DNA from: Octopus sinensis
Lineage: Eukaryota
Assembly (NCBI RefSeq): GCF_006345805.1
Contig: NC_042999.1
Span: 26,474,001-26,538,000, forward strand
DNA length: 64,000 nt
Direction of reading: 5' to 3'
Shown: positions 1 through 12,022 of the stretch, piece by piece
Numbering within the stretch: position 1 is the first letter of the stretch
Layout of the letters: each line of letters begins with the position of its first letter
Notes under the pieces: model-generated
The model's database searches: none
Seen by the model: only the letters and a program-made list of their open reading frames with translations
Told to the model about the DNA's origin: nothing
Made by a program: the position numbers and the translations under genes

Positions 1-862
1 GAATTAAAATAAATCTTAAACATAAAATTTAGGCGTGAACTATAATTAAATAATATATCACTGTCGCATGATTGTGTCAATTTTTAAATCAATGCTCGGT
101 TGCCGGTTTTATAGCGGTTCAAGGCATCGATAACGCATTAGAATTTCATGATGAATACACGTAGGTGCTTCGACACACACACATACACTCACACACATAC
201 ACGCATGGATATGCGTATGAAAGTATGCCCGCATCTATGTATGTGTTAGTTAAAAAGTAAAAAGTGGTGAATTTCCGTTTAATCGTTTGCCTTCAAACTA
301 TTTTCCCATTTAAAAACTCAATACATTGTAAATGCTTTAAAATAACGCCTGATAAAATAACATCAACCAATTTAAATAAAATGAAATACCAAACACAAAG
401 GTACTCTAGGTTATGTATTTATAATGAATAAATTAGATATAAGGATTAAATTTAACTACTGCAGTTTATAAAACTTTATAGAAAAATATGTTTTTAAAAA
501 TTTATATCCAATCCTTTTTATGTTAAAAATTCAAATATTTGTAATAACATAAAAAATAACAATTAGAATACTCTAACAATATTTATCAGTAAAGCAGCTT
601 ATCTAATATACAACCTATGTAATATATAACGTATAATCCTAGCTTTATATACTTATGGATATACATACCTGAGTGTGTGTGGCTGTGTGTGAGTATATGA
701 ATGATCATATATGTCTATAAGTTCTGAAGATCGTGTAAAATAACGGTATATGATTTAGGAAAATTGGAGTATTTACAGTGTCTCTGTTTGAAATTTCGAT
801 ATTACTACGTTTAGCGAGGTATATTTATAAGTGTGTCTGTGTGTGTATTTGTATGTGTATAT

Positions 863-899
<37 letters not shown>

Positions 900-1089
900 T
901 ATATAAAAGGGCTTAGTAAAATAAATTACCTTGCCACATACTGAACTCATTAGAAATAGTAGCTAAAAAAAAACTTTTTTAAAACTATTTCTAATACTTA
1001 AAGAAAATCTCTCTCATATAGTGTTTGCTCAATTCAACTCACGAAAGTATGGGGGTAAAGACATTAAAAAATCAAATGCAAAGGTTATT

Positions 1090-1141
1090 TGAGAACGTAC
1101 GTTTCAAGATTAGTCAACTCGACATTTCTATCATCAGCTCA
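1090..1141 (-). ncRNA. Type I hammerhead ribozyme motif (inverted array unit)
   Basis: Minus strand reads tgag-CTGATGA-t-aga-aat-gtc-gagtt-gac-taa-tct-t-GAAAC-GTAC-GTT-ctca. Stem I is tgag/ctca; stem III is the palindrome ACGTACGT. Confidence 0.65.
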
Positions 1142-2023
1142 GAACTCCTTGGTTTGGATTTGAAAACACTGAAAGTGGGAGCATACCCTTTCGGCTTCTT
1201 ATCGCTTCTGAAGATCTGCTCGAAACTAACAGTGCCAGCAAACCCAAAATATGCAAGCGAAGAATTTCTGCTCACCCCTTTCCACCAGCGTGGGTTAAAA
1301 TCAGTAAACACTATGCTTTTTCGGTAAAATCCGAAGAATTAAATAGAGAGAGATGAATTATAATTTCAACAATTGAGGGTAAAATTAATTAATTATTAAT
1401 CAATTTCACCAAGTATTCAGTATGTAAAGGGACCATTTAAGGCGAATTCAAATTATTGCATTATATAAAAGGGCTTAGTAAAATAAATTACTTTGCCACA
1501 TACTGAACTCATTAGAAACAAATAACCTTTGCATTTGATTTTTTAATGTCTTTACCCCCATACTTTCGTGAGTTGAATTGAGCAAACACTATATGAGAGA
1601 GATTTTCTTTAAGTATTAGAAATAGATTAAAAAAAGTTTTTTTTTAGCTACTATTTCTAATGAGTTCAGTATGTGGCAAAGTAATTTATTTTACTAAGCC
1701 CTTTTAAATAATGTATAATTTGAATTCGCCTTAAATGGTCCTTTACATACTGAAACTTGGTGAAATTGATTAATAATTAATTAATTTTTACCTCAATTGA
1801 AATTATAATTCATCTCTCTATTTAATGCTTCGGATTTTACCGAAAAAGCAATAGTGTTTACTGATTTTAACCCACGTTGGTGGAAAGGGTAGAGCAGAAA
1901 AATTCTCGCTTGCATATTTTGGGTTTGCTGGCAATGTTAGTTTCGCGCAGATCTTCAGAAGCGATAAGAAGCCGAAAGGGTATGCTCCCATTTCAGTGTT
2001 TTCAAATCCAAAACAAGGAGTTC

Positions 2024-2073
2024 TGAGCTAATGATAGAATGTCGAGTTGACTAATCTTGAAAGTACGTTCTCA
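2024..2073 (+). ncRNA. Degenerate hammerhead copy in array unit (G5A, one base lost in stem III)
   Basis: tgag-CTAATGA...GAAA-GTAC-GTT-ctca; homologous to the intact copies. Confidence 0.35.
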
Positions 2074-2575
2074 AATAACCTTTGCATTTGATTTTTTAAT
2101 GTCTTTACCCCCATACTTGCGTGATTTGAATGAGCAAACACTATATGAGAGAGATTTCTTAAGTATTAGAAATAGTTTTAAAAAAGTTTTTTTTTAGCTA
2201 CTATTTCTAATGAGTTCAGTATGGGGGCAAAGTAATTTATTTTACTAAGCCCTTTTATATAATGTAATAATTTGAATTCGCCTTAAATGGTCCCTTTACA
2301 TACTGAATACTTGGTGAAATTGATTAATAATTAATTAATTTTACCCTCAATGTTGAAATTATAATTCATCTCTCTCTATTAATGCTTCGGATTTTACCGA
2401 AAAAGCATAGTGTTACTGATTTAACCACGCTGGTGGAAAGGGGAGAGCAGAAATTCTTCGCTTGCATTATTTTGGGTTTGCTGGCAACGTTAGTTTCGAG
2501 AGATCTTCAGAAGCGATAAGAAGCCGAAAGGGTATGCTCCCACTTTCAGTGTTTTCAATCCAAACCAAGGCGTTC

Positions 2576-2626
2576 TGAGCTGATGATAGAAATGTCGAGT
2601 TGACTAATCTTGAAACGTACGTTTCA
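2576..2626 (+). ncRNA. Hammerhead copy in array unit, core intact, stem I weakened
   Basis: tgag-CTGATGA...GAAAC-GTAC-GTT-tca; one C is missing after the cleavage site. Confidence 0.5.
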
Positions 2627-3135
2627 AATAACTTTGCATTTGATTTTTTAATGTCTTTACCCCCATACTTTCGTGATTTGAATTGAGCAAACACTATATG
2701 AGAGAGATTTTCTTTAAGTATTAGAAATAGTTTTAAAAAAGTTTTTTTTTTAGCTACTATTTCTAATGAGTTCAGTATGTGGCAAAGTATTTTTTTTACT
2801 AAGCCCTTTTATATAATGTAATACTTTGAATTCGCCTTAAATGGTCCCTTTACATACTGAATACTTGGTGAAATTGATTAATAATTAATTAATTTTACCC
2901 TCAATTGCTGAAATTATAATTCATCTTTCTCTATTTAATGCTTCGGATTTTACCGAAAAAGCATAGTGTTTACTGATTTTAACCCACGCTGGTGGAAAGG
3001 GGAGAGCAGAAATTCTTCGCTTGCATATTTTGGGTTTGCTGGCACTGTTAGTTTCGAGCAGATCTTCAGAAGCGATAAGAAGCCGAAAGGGTATGCTCCC
3101 ACTTTCAGTGTTTTCAAATCCAAACCAAGGAGTTC

Positions 3136-3187
3136 TGAGCTGATGATAGAAATGTCGAGTTGACTAATCTTGAAACGTACGTTCTCA
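3136..3187 (+). ncRNA. Type I hammerhead ribozyme motif (array unit)
   Basis: CTGATGA 3140-3146, GAAAC 3172-3176, GTAC, GTT 3181-3183; stem I tgag/ctca. Confidence 0.65.
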
Positions 3188-3697
3188 AATAACCTTTGCA
3201 TTTGATTTTTTAATGTCTTTACCCCCATACTTTCGTGAGTTGAATTGAGCAAACACTATATGAGAGAGATTTTCTTTAAGTATTAGAAATAGTTTTAAAA
3301 AAGTTTTTTTTTAGCTACTATTTCTAATGAGTTCAGTATGTGGCAAAGTAATTTATTTTACTAAGCCCTTTTATATAATGTAATAATTTGAATTCGCCTT
3401 AAATGGTCCCTTTACATACTGAATACTTGGTGAAATTGATTAATAATTAATTAATTTTACCCTCAATTGTTGAAATTATAATTCATCTCTCTCTATTTAA
3501 TGCTTCGGATTTTACCGAAAAAGCATAGTGTTTACTGATTTTAACCCACGCTGGTGGAAAGGGGAGAGCAGAAATTCTTCGCTTGCATATTTTGGGTTTG
3601 CTGGCACTGTTAGTTTCGAGCAGATCTTCAGAAGCGATAAGAAGCCGAAAGGGTATGCTCCCACTTTCAGTGTTTTCAAATCCAAACCAAGGAGTTC

Positions 3698-3749
3698 TGA
3701 GCTGATGATAGAAATGTCGAGTTGACTAATCTTGAAACGTACGTTCTCA
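3698..3749 (+). ncRNA. Type I hammerhead ribozyme motif (array unit)
   Basis: Identical to 3136-3187 and 562 bp downstream of it. Confidence 0.65.
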
Positions 3750-4269
3750 AATAACCTTTGCATTTGATTTTTTAATGTCTTTACCCCCATACTTTCGTGA
3801 GTTGAATTGAGCAAACACTATATGAGAGAGATTTTCTTTAAGTATTAGAAATAGTTTTAAAAAAGTTTTTTTTTTAGCTACTATTTCTAATGAGTTCAGT
3901 ATGTGGCAAAGTAATTTATTTTAGTAAGCCCTTTTATATAATGTAATACTTTGAATTCGCCTTAAATGGTCCCTTTACATATTGAATACTTGGTGAAATT
4001 GATTAATAATTAATTAATTTTACCCTCAATTGCTGAAATTATAATTCATCTTTCTCTATTTAATGCTTCGGATTTTACCGAAAAAGCATAGTGTTTACTG
4101 ATTTTAACCCACGCTGGTGGAAAGGGGAGAGCAGAAATTCTTCGCTTGCATATTTTGGGTTGCTGGCACTGTTAGTTTCGATCGAGCAGATCTTCAGAAG
4201 CGATAAGAAGCCGAAAGGGTATGCTCCCACATTTGTTGTGTTTTCACCACAATCCAAACCAAGGAGTTC

Positions 4270-4320
4270 TGAGCCGATGATAGAAATGTCGAGTTGACTA
4301 ATCTTGAAACGTACGTTTCA
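4270..4320 (+). ncRNA. Hammerhead copy in array unit with U4C change
   Basis: tgag-CCGATGA...GAAAC-GTAC-GTT-tca. Confidence 0.35.
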
Positions 4321-4713
4321 AATAACCTTTGCATTTGATTTTTTAATGTCTTTACCCCCATACTTTCGGAGTTGAATTGAGCAAACACTATATGAGAGAG
4401 ATTTTCTTTAAGTATTAGAAATAGTTTTAAAAAAGTTTTTTTTTAGCTACTATTTCTAATGAGTTCAGTATGTGGCAAAGTAATTTATTTTACTAAGCCC
4501 TTTTATATAATGTAATAATTTGAATTCGCCTTAAATGGTCCCTTTACTTACTGAATACTTGGTGAAATTGATTAATAATTAATTAATTTTACCCTCAATT
4601 GTTGAAATTATATATATATATATATATAATAATAATAAATATTAGGGAATAAATCCAAATTTACAGGGAAAAAAATCAGATTTAGGATTAAATCCAATTT
4701 TATAGTAAAATAT

Positions 4714-5034
4714 TATAAAATATTATTAGAGACAAAACCACTATTTTGCAAAACAAACAAGGAAAGACTTAATCAATACATAAAATTTTAATAAATAGTC
4801 AAAAAAACCGCCACTACAATCGTTTCTTGTCTTGATCGACAATAAGTCAGTTTCAAATTATGAAGTCATAATTTGAAACTGACTTATTGGAAGTCCACCT
4901 GAAGATTGTCGATCAAGACAAGAAACGATTGTAGTGGCGGTTTTTTTGACTATTTATTAAAATTTTATGTATTGATTAAGTCTTTCCTTGTTTGTTTTGC
5001 AAAATAGTGGTTTTGTCTCTAATAATATTTTATA
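4714..5034. repeat. Long inverted repeat (~130-bp arms) with an internal 24-bp hairpin; PLE terminal-repeat-like
   Basis: 4714-4843 is the reverse complement of 4905-5034. 4840-4889 is caataagtcagtttcaaattatga-ag-tcataatttgaaactgacttattg. The right arm is homologous to 28480-28565. Confidence 0.9.
4895..4937 (+). ncRNA. Minimal type I hammerhead ribozyme
   Basis: ccac-CTGAAGA-ttgtc-gatcaa-gacaa-GAAAC-gatt-GTA-gtgg: canonical core, three stems, GUA triplet. Confidence 0.8.
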
Positions 5035-5040
5035 TATATA

Positions 5041-5087
<47 letters not shown>

Positions 5088-6235
5088 TTAATCATTATGA
5101 GGATATATAAGCCTCTTATAGAGCTAGTTTTATCCAAGGTACACTGGTTTATATGATTCTTCAATAAATTCATTATACAAATATCAAATATTAAGAAAAT
5201 AGAGAGATAAATGGATATAAATTATTTTTAATTAATCAATTAAAAATTAATTTATATACATTATATATCACCATTTTCTTATTTAATAATATTACATATA
5301 TATATGTGTGTGTGTGTATGTGTGTATGCGTATACATATGTGTGTGTGTGTATGTGTGTGTGTATTTCAAATGATTGATGCGGAAGACGTAGTGTAACTA
5401 GAAACTTCCTTTAGCACAACAATCCTTTCGACTTCCTTCTGCACTGCTCCCTTGTGGATCTGAGAAGATGTAATGCCATCAGATACAATACACAGTTTAG
5501 AGAGCCTCACCAAGTGACATTGTTCAAAATTTAAAACATTTACTTTTAATTTTCAATTCAAGTTTTATGTTGGTAGTGTGTTGCTACTAGTTAACACACA
5601 TTTTGTTGAATTGAGGAAAGTTATCATCTGGAAGTGTTTGATAAAACAATAAAAAATACAAAGAATCTAATGTAAATGAGGAGAAGGTGTTTATACTCGG
5701 AGTCATGAAGTGGTTGAAAGAGTCTAATATTCAGGGGTAGGAGTCCTTATGGCGAGTGGATACTTTATATATATATATATATAAATTATAAATATCATTG
5801 CAATACAACAGTATTATTTTCCAGCTAAATAGAGCACCGTAAAGGTAGAATTATAAATAGGAAATAGTGGTACTACAAGGCACCAATGTCTGCTGGAAAT
5901 AGCAATCGATAACCGTACGACTCTATGTAAAGCTTCACTGAATGTATACAGGCAAAGATGTGTGCAGGTGCGAACATAGAACCTTTTCGTCTTATGTCCA
6001 GGAAGAACGCCGGATAAATTGACAATCTAGAGTTGATAACCTAGTACTAGAGTTCTGGACTTTCCAGAATAATTTGTTAATGTAAATCTGGTTATTCTTC
6101 TTCAGCTAGATTCACTGAAGGCGGAATTTAAAATATCGGCTACATCAATGCCAGTATATTCACCTGATACACCTTGGCATAAACAGAACCGAGATCAGTG
6201 AAAAAGTTTTGTATTAGTATCTATTATATAAAATC

Positions 6236-6430
6236 TGTTCTATCAATCTCTGTGTGTGTCTTCTAGGATCTCGGGTATCCTCCATCCGATTGCGCTCAAA
6301 TTTAATATGTAGATACCGACGGTATCAGGACGTGTATAATTCTTGAAAAAATTACAAAAATCGATTCTAGGTGAGAATGCGATCGATAAAACCGTGGAAA
6401 CGTGCATTTTCTCGCGCAAGTACATCACCT
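6236..6430 (-). mobile_element. Helentron/DINE-like non-autonomous element fragment
   Basis: Contains tccgattgcgctcaaattt and a structure similar to the elements at 25684 and 38298. Confidence 0.35.
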
Positions 6431-6780
6431 GTTGCGATGTACTTACTGGTACTTTAAACTCTTCGGTTGCATATTTGTGTGAATAAAATCGTCTTTCTTT
6501 GAAATAGAAAAAAATCTATCTTCATTTCTTCTTTTGCTGGTGTCTCAAAGTTAGGTTAAATCAGTGTTTCTCAAAGGGGAGGCCTACGGCACGGTCGGAC
6601 AACTTGTTCTGAGAAAATTTGGTTTAAATGTTTGACAAGACAGCACCGTCTATTGGACGGGGACGTTTTGCTCGTTATAAATATAATTGCAATGCAATAG
6701 TATCCTTTTCCAGCTAAATAAAGCACCGTAAAGGTAAAATTATAAATAGAAAATAGTGGCACAACAAGGCTGCAATAGTA

Positions 6781-6995
6781 CTCTTTTACTCTTTTACTTG
6801 TTTCAGTCATTTGACTGTGGCCATGCTGGAGCACCGCCTTTAATCGAGCAACTCGACCCCGGGACTTATTCTTTGTAAGCCCAGTACTTATTCTATCGGT
6901 CTCTTTTGCCGAACTGCAAAGTGACGGGGACATAAACACACAAGCATCGGTTGTCAAGCAATGCTAGGGGGACAAACACAGACACACAAACATAT

Positions 6996-7058
<63 letters not shown>

Positions 7059-7219
7059 TACGACATGCTTCTTTCAGTTTCTGTCTACCAAATCCACTCA
7101 CAAGGCATTGGTCGGCCCGGGGCTATAGCAGAAGACACTTGCCCAAGGTGCCACGCAGTGGGACTGAACCCGGAACCATGTGGTTGGTTAGCAAGCTACT
7201 TACCACACAGCCACTCCTG
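6781..7219 (-). mobile_element. tRNA-derived SINE family A (internal TA/CA microsatellite, gtaaaaga tail)
   Basis: Head ggagtggctgtgtggtaag...ggttccgggttcagtccc has A/B-box-like motifs; near-identical copies occur across the window. Confidence 0.9.
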
Positions 7220-7577
7220 TATTTATAATTTTTATATAATATCTTTTCAGTGATCTCGGTTTTGTTTACGGCTAGACGTATCAGGCGAATATACTTGCAT
7301 TGATGTAGCGGATAGTTTAAATTTCGTTTTCGGTGAATCTAGGTGAAGAAGACAAATGAGATTTACGTTAACAGACGTATATTGGAAAGTCCAAAACTCG
7401 AGTACATCATATCTAACTGAAGAAGACTAAACTGATTTACGATAACAAACGTATTATGGTAAGTCTTCTTAAACGACATACTGGTCCTTCATCATCACGC
7501 TTCGATATTTGAATATACACACATATCCACATACATAGATGCATACATACATATGTACATATATATATATAGAGAGA

Positions 7578-7753
7578 TTTTTTTCTTTACTACCCACAAG
7601 GGGCTAAACACAGAGGGGACAAACAAGGACAGACAAAGGGATTAAATCGATTACATCGACCCCAGTGCGTAACTGGTACTTAATTTATCGATCCCGAAAG
7701 GATGAAAGGCAAAGTCGACCTCGGCGGAATTTGAACTCGGAACGTAACGACAG
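7578..7753 (-). mobile_element. SINE family B (Meta-domain-like), 5'-truncated
   Basis: Reverse complement of gaggtcgactttgcctttcatcctttcgggatcgataaattaagtaccag...ccccttgtgggtagtaaagaaa. Confidence 0.85.
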
Positions 7754-7767
7754 TTATATATATACAT

Positions 7768-7925
<158 letters not shown>

Positions 7926-8560
7926 GGCCACAGTCTGAGGGCTGAAACATATCAATGAATAAAAGAATATGCATTCGTACATATACGCATACATTCCTGC
8001 ACAAAAACATGCACACACACACACACACACTCACACACACACACTCCTTTTCAGACACGCATTAACATTCATTCTTAAGTACATAATTCATTTTCATTTT
8101 TTCTTTATCCTTGACGAAATGTCATGACTCATCCTCCAAGCGAAGGCGTCTTTGGAAATTGCAACATCTGCATAAGATATATCAAGATAAATAAAACAAA
8201 CACCTATAATCCACATTCTATCTGTAATATTGATATGTTACTTATCGGTGATTACTAAGCAACTGTACTGAAATTTAGGTATCATACTTTTTATCAATTA
8301 CATTCTCGTATAGATGTATATATTTAAGCATATGTGCGTCAATGAATGCGTATTCATATTGTCTTAAGGATGTAAACATATATTTTACTTCATGTTATAA
8401 ATATATGTATGTATTATGTATATACATATATATCTCTTCCCCGTACACATACTGTAGTTTTCTACTAATTAGGTGATTTCTTTCGGGGCCACAGTATTTG
8501 ACTGAGCCAATTTGCTCATTGAGTCTGACTTTCGATAATCCTTTCGAATAAACATACATA

Positions 8561-8690
8561 TATTAGCAATACGGTGCCCTTATAGATATTACCAATATGG
8601 TGCCCGATAGATATTACCAATATGGTGCCCGATAGATATTACCAATACTGTGCCCTTATAGATATTACGAATATGGTGCCCGATAGATAT
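8561..8690. repeat. Minisatellite, 5 copies of a 25/26-bp unit (tattaccaatatggtgcccgataga)
   Basis: Unit lengths 26,25,25,26,25; no spacers. Confidence 0.9.
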
Positions 8691-9574
8691 TCTTTTTGGA
8701 ACGCTTTCTTCTATAACTATGCCGATTCATCTAGCCTAAATCAGCAAGTGTTTTATTTCACTAATTTTAAGTAAGAGAAAATATCTTTTAACTACCAACG
8801 TAGTGACAATACGATCGCATTAAAACCAAGTATACCTTATCCCACGTGGAATTCCTCTTGCACTATCCTGACTGTATTGATATCAATAGCCATGTATACA
8901 ATACCGATGCACCAGTACGCCATTTAAGAAGACGTTAGAACAATTCAAACTAAAATCTATTTCGGTGCCATGAAAACGGTCGTGATCGAAGCTGATTTCG
9001 AAGTAAACCCCTTTAGGTAAAACAACGTCGACATTAAGCATCTTACTTTAAAGAGATGGCTCCCGTTCCTGACAATAATCAATCTACTCAAACATAGATA
9101 AATGGACAAAATCTTTCATAAGAGAGATCTGGAATAATGTAAACAAACCACTGCTGCCATCACTGAATTCTCGTATCTCACAAAGAGACAATTGTGGTAT
9201 GCTTTTAGCTGAGACGTTTCTCAAAACCACAGTTCGTAAAAAGGCTAACTTGTTTTCAAAACTATTTTCGAGCGAGAGACTTTTCTGAACAAGATTATGG
9301 AAAAATCCAACTGGTCTTATATTGAGAGTGTGATGTGGTGGGAGAGTACATGGAGCCATATCATATTAATTACGGGAATATTAATAATCACCTATACATA
9401 AATACGTAAAGAACGCATAGTAGAAATCTCATATTAAACGCAAAGAAATTACTAAACGGAAGCAGCCTAGATAAAAAGCAAAATTTGACGAAAATATTAA
9501 TAATCTGTGCCGCTATTAGCATGTTTGCTACTATAATAATAACGCATTCACACCTCATCAATTATATCTTATGT

Positions 9575-9865
9575 GGAGGCACATGGCCTAGTGGTTAGAG
9601 CTGCGGACTCGCGGTCGAAGGAGAGCGGGTTCGAATCTCAGACCGGGCGATGTGTGTGTTTATGAGCGAAACACCTAAGCTCCGGTAGAAGGTAATGGCG
9701 AATTTGTGTTGACTCTTTCGCCACAGCTTTCTCTCACTCTTTCCTCCTGTATCTTGCAGCTCACCTGCGATGGACCGGCGTCCCGTCCAGGTGGGGAACC
9801 TATACGCCAAGGAAACCGGGAAATCGGCCCTTATGAGCCAGGCATGGCTCGAGAAGGAACAAACT
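9575..9865 (+). mobile_element. tRNA-derived SINE family C
   Basis: tRNA-like head ggaggcacatggcctagtggttagagctgcggactcgcggtcgaagg...ggttcgaatctc; tail ggctcgagaaggaacaaac. Confidence 0.85.
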
Positions 9866-10627
9866 ATTATATCTTATGCAGAAATAAACACATTTATAAG
9901 AGATACTTCAACATGGAAAATTAGGACCCCGAGGAAAACTTTCACTACTACAGGAGAATGTTCGAATAAGTCAATGTAAATCGCAAGTGTACTTCCAAAG
10001 CCCAGGCATTATACGGTGAAATGAGGAAGGAAAACAATACTGACTAGAAAGGCTCCCACTTAAGAAGACCCTGGTCAAAAATGTGGAATGAAAAACAGTA
10101 ATTTCAAATTCAATGCATCCTTGGGAGAAAATGCCGTAACAATATCGACAATAAAACATATAGAACTGACCCAGAAACATTCACTACAGCTGTAGGCAAA
10201 CTACCTACTGGGATGGAACATGGATGAGACCAAGTTGGATAGTACAAGAGGCCGATATATTACAAAAACACATTAATATGCATATTCAAATAGAATATGG
10301 AAGATCAGATTGTATTACCAAATTCGCTTGCTACAATGAAGAATCTTGTGACCAAGAATGGAACCGCCGATATGACAGAAACGTATCGCTTGCCTAAACA
10401 AACCTGCTAACTGGTCACAAGCTGCATTAACCAATTCCTCTGGGGTTGTGCCGAACAACATTTTGATGCATCTCCAATGCAGTGACTATTTCAAAGGGAA
10501 TATTCCCAAAAAGACTTTTTGTAATACTCTTCATTCTGGAAATATTTATATGATGACCTCCCGTACAAGCCCAAAACATTCGGACCAATATACCTTAAAG
10601 AAGACTATGATGAGGAAGTTGAACACA

Positions 10628-10836
10628 CTCTTTTACTCTTTTACTTGTTTCAGTTATTTGACTGCGGCCATGCTGGAGCACCACACTTAGTCGAGCAAAT
10701 CGACCCTAGGGCTTATTCTTTGTAAGCCTAGTACATTTTCTATCGGTCTCTTTTGGCGAACCGCTAAGTTACGGGGACGTAAACACACCACCATCGGTTG
10801 CCAAGCGATGTTGGGAGGACAAACGCAGGTACACAA

Positions 10837-10881
<45 letters not shown>

Positions 10882-11066
10882 ATATATATGTATACATATA
10901 TACGGCGGGCTTCTTTCAGTTTCCGTCTACCAAATCCACTCACAAGGCTTTGGTCGGCCCAAGGCTATAGTGGGAGACACTTGCCCAAGATGCCACGCAA
11001 TGGGACTGAACCCGGAACCATGTGGTTGGTAAGCAAGCTACTTACCACACGACAACTCCTGCGCCT
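10628..11066 (-). mobile_element. SINE family A
   Basis: Full-length similarity to 6781-7219. Confidence 0.9.
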
Positions 11067-11084
11067 TTATTTTTTATATTTTAT

Positions 11085-11532
11085 CTTTTACTTCTCTCAG
11101 TCATTAAACTGAAGCTATGCTGGGGCCGCGCCTTATAGAACTTTTAATCGAATGAATCAATCCCAGTTCTGGTTTTCAAGCCTAGTAGTTATTATATCAA
11201 TTTCTAATGCCGAACCGTTAATTTACGAGGACGTAAACAAACCAACGTCAATTTTCAAGTGGTGATGGTGGGAAAACACAGACACCCCCTACCCGACCCA
11301 CGTACACTCATATATATATACGCACTCACATAAACAGACACGCACAAACACTGACTATTATAGATATGACGAACTTCTTTCAGTTTCCGTCGACCAAATC
11401 AACTCAAATCAAATCAAAGCTCGGCTCGAGACTATACTAGAAGACACTTGTCCAAGGTGTCAAGCAGTGGTATTTAACTTGAAACCATGTAGTTGCGAAG
11501 CAAACTTGTTAGCACACAACCACGTAAGCGCC
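11085..11532 (-). mobile_element. SINE family A, diverged copy
   Basis: Collinear degenerate match to family A. Confidence 0.7.
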
Positions 11533-11972
11533 TACAAAAAACAAGACACTATGCATAATTATGTTTCCAGAAAACTTGAAGAGAACATAGTACCGACATT
11601 AAATGTAACCTCGCTTGGTCTCGTGACCGCTACATTGCATCACACGTTGAAGGTTAAACAATTGTAGTCTATGTACAGGATGTTTGTTTACCTAGTAAAC
11701 AAAAGTACCAGTGAAGCTCTTGGGTACGAAGATAAAACAGAAAGCGTAGATTTAGTAAAACAATAGATTAAGTTAAAGTATGAGAAAAAACTGAACAGCC
11801 ATACTGATGTGGCGATTAAATTTACTTGTTAGTATAGTCAGTGCTATGATCTCTTACTGAGATTTTACAACAAACTATTTTGCTTGTTGCACATCAGTGA
11901 CCGATGGTGGATTTGTTTTCTATATATTGCTTGCTGGAGAGAACTCTGGCAACCTCTCTGGCGACCGGGTGT

Positions 11973-12022
11973 TCGCGACTGAGGATGATTAAATCTAGCT
12001 CAGAAGCGAGTCGGTCTCGCGA
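11973..12022 (+). ncRNA. Hammerhead-like motif (A15.1 altered)
   Basis: tcgcga-CTGAGGA-tga-ttaaatctagc-tca-GAAG-cgagtcg-GTC-tcgcga. Confidence 0.4.

Larger units (their letters stand above)
897..4611. repeat. Tandem array of a ~562-bp unit: ~1.1 units in - orientation (897-1518), then ~5.5 units in + orientation (1519-4611); one hammerhead motif per unit
   Basis: The same landmarks recur at 552-572 bp spacing (HHR starts at 2024, 2576, 3136, 3698, 4270). 897-1518 is the reverse complement of the unit. Both outer ends abut (TA)n. Confidence 0.95.

Noticed and set aside
1204-1240. Second CTGAAGA...GAAAC motif on the opposite strand of each array unit (possible ambisense ribozyme pair)
   Set aside because: No stem II (tctgctc), no adjacent stem I, and G at position 17 in most copies. 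Worth including in an assay but not supportable.
1025-3814. Repeated 100-aa and 65-aa ORFs in the tandem array
   Set aside because: They recur only because the DNA copies are near-identical. They have non-ATG starts, break in other units, and show no recognisable domain.
8561-8690. CRISPR-like appearance of 25-bp repeats
   Set aside because: No unique spacers, eukaryotic context, no cas genes.
9575-9650. tRNA gene calls at SINE heads (also 38747, 50201 and family A/B heads)
   Set aside because: No complete cloverleaf or acceptor stem; they continue into repeated SINE bodies.
9870-10625. Decayed coding-like tract between two SINEs
   Set aside because: Many stops and no motif I could assign.
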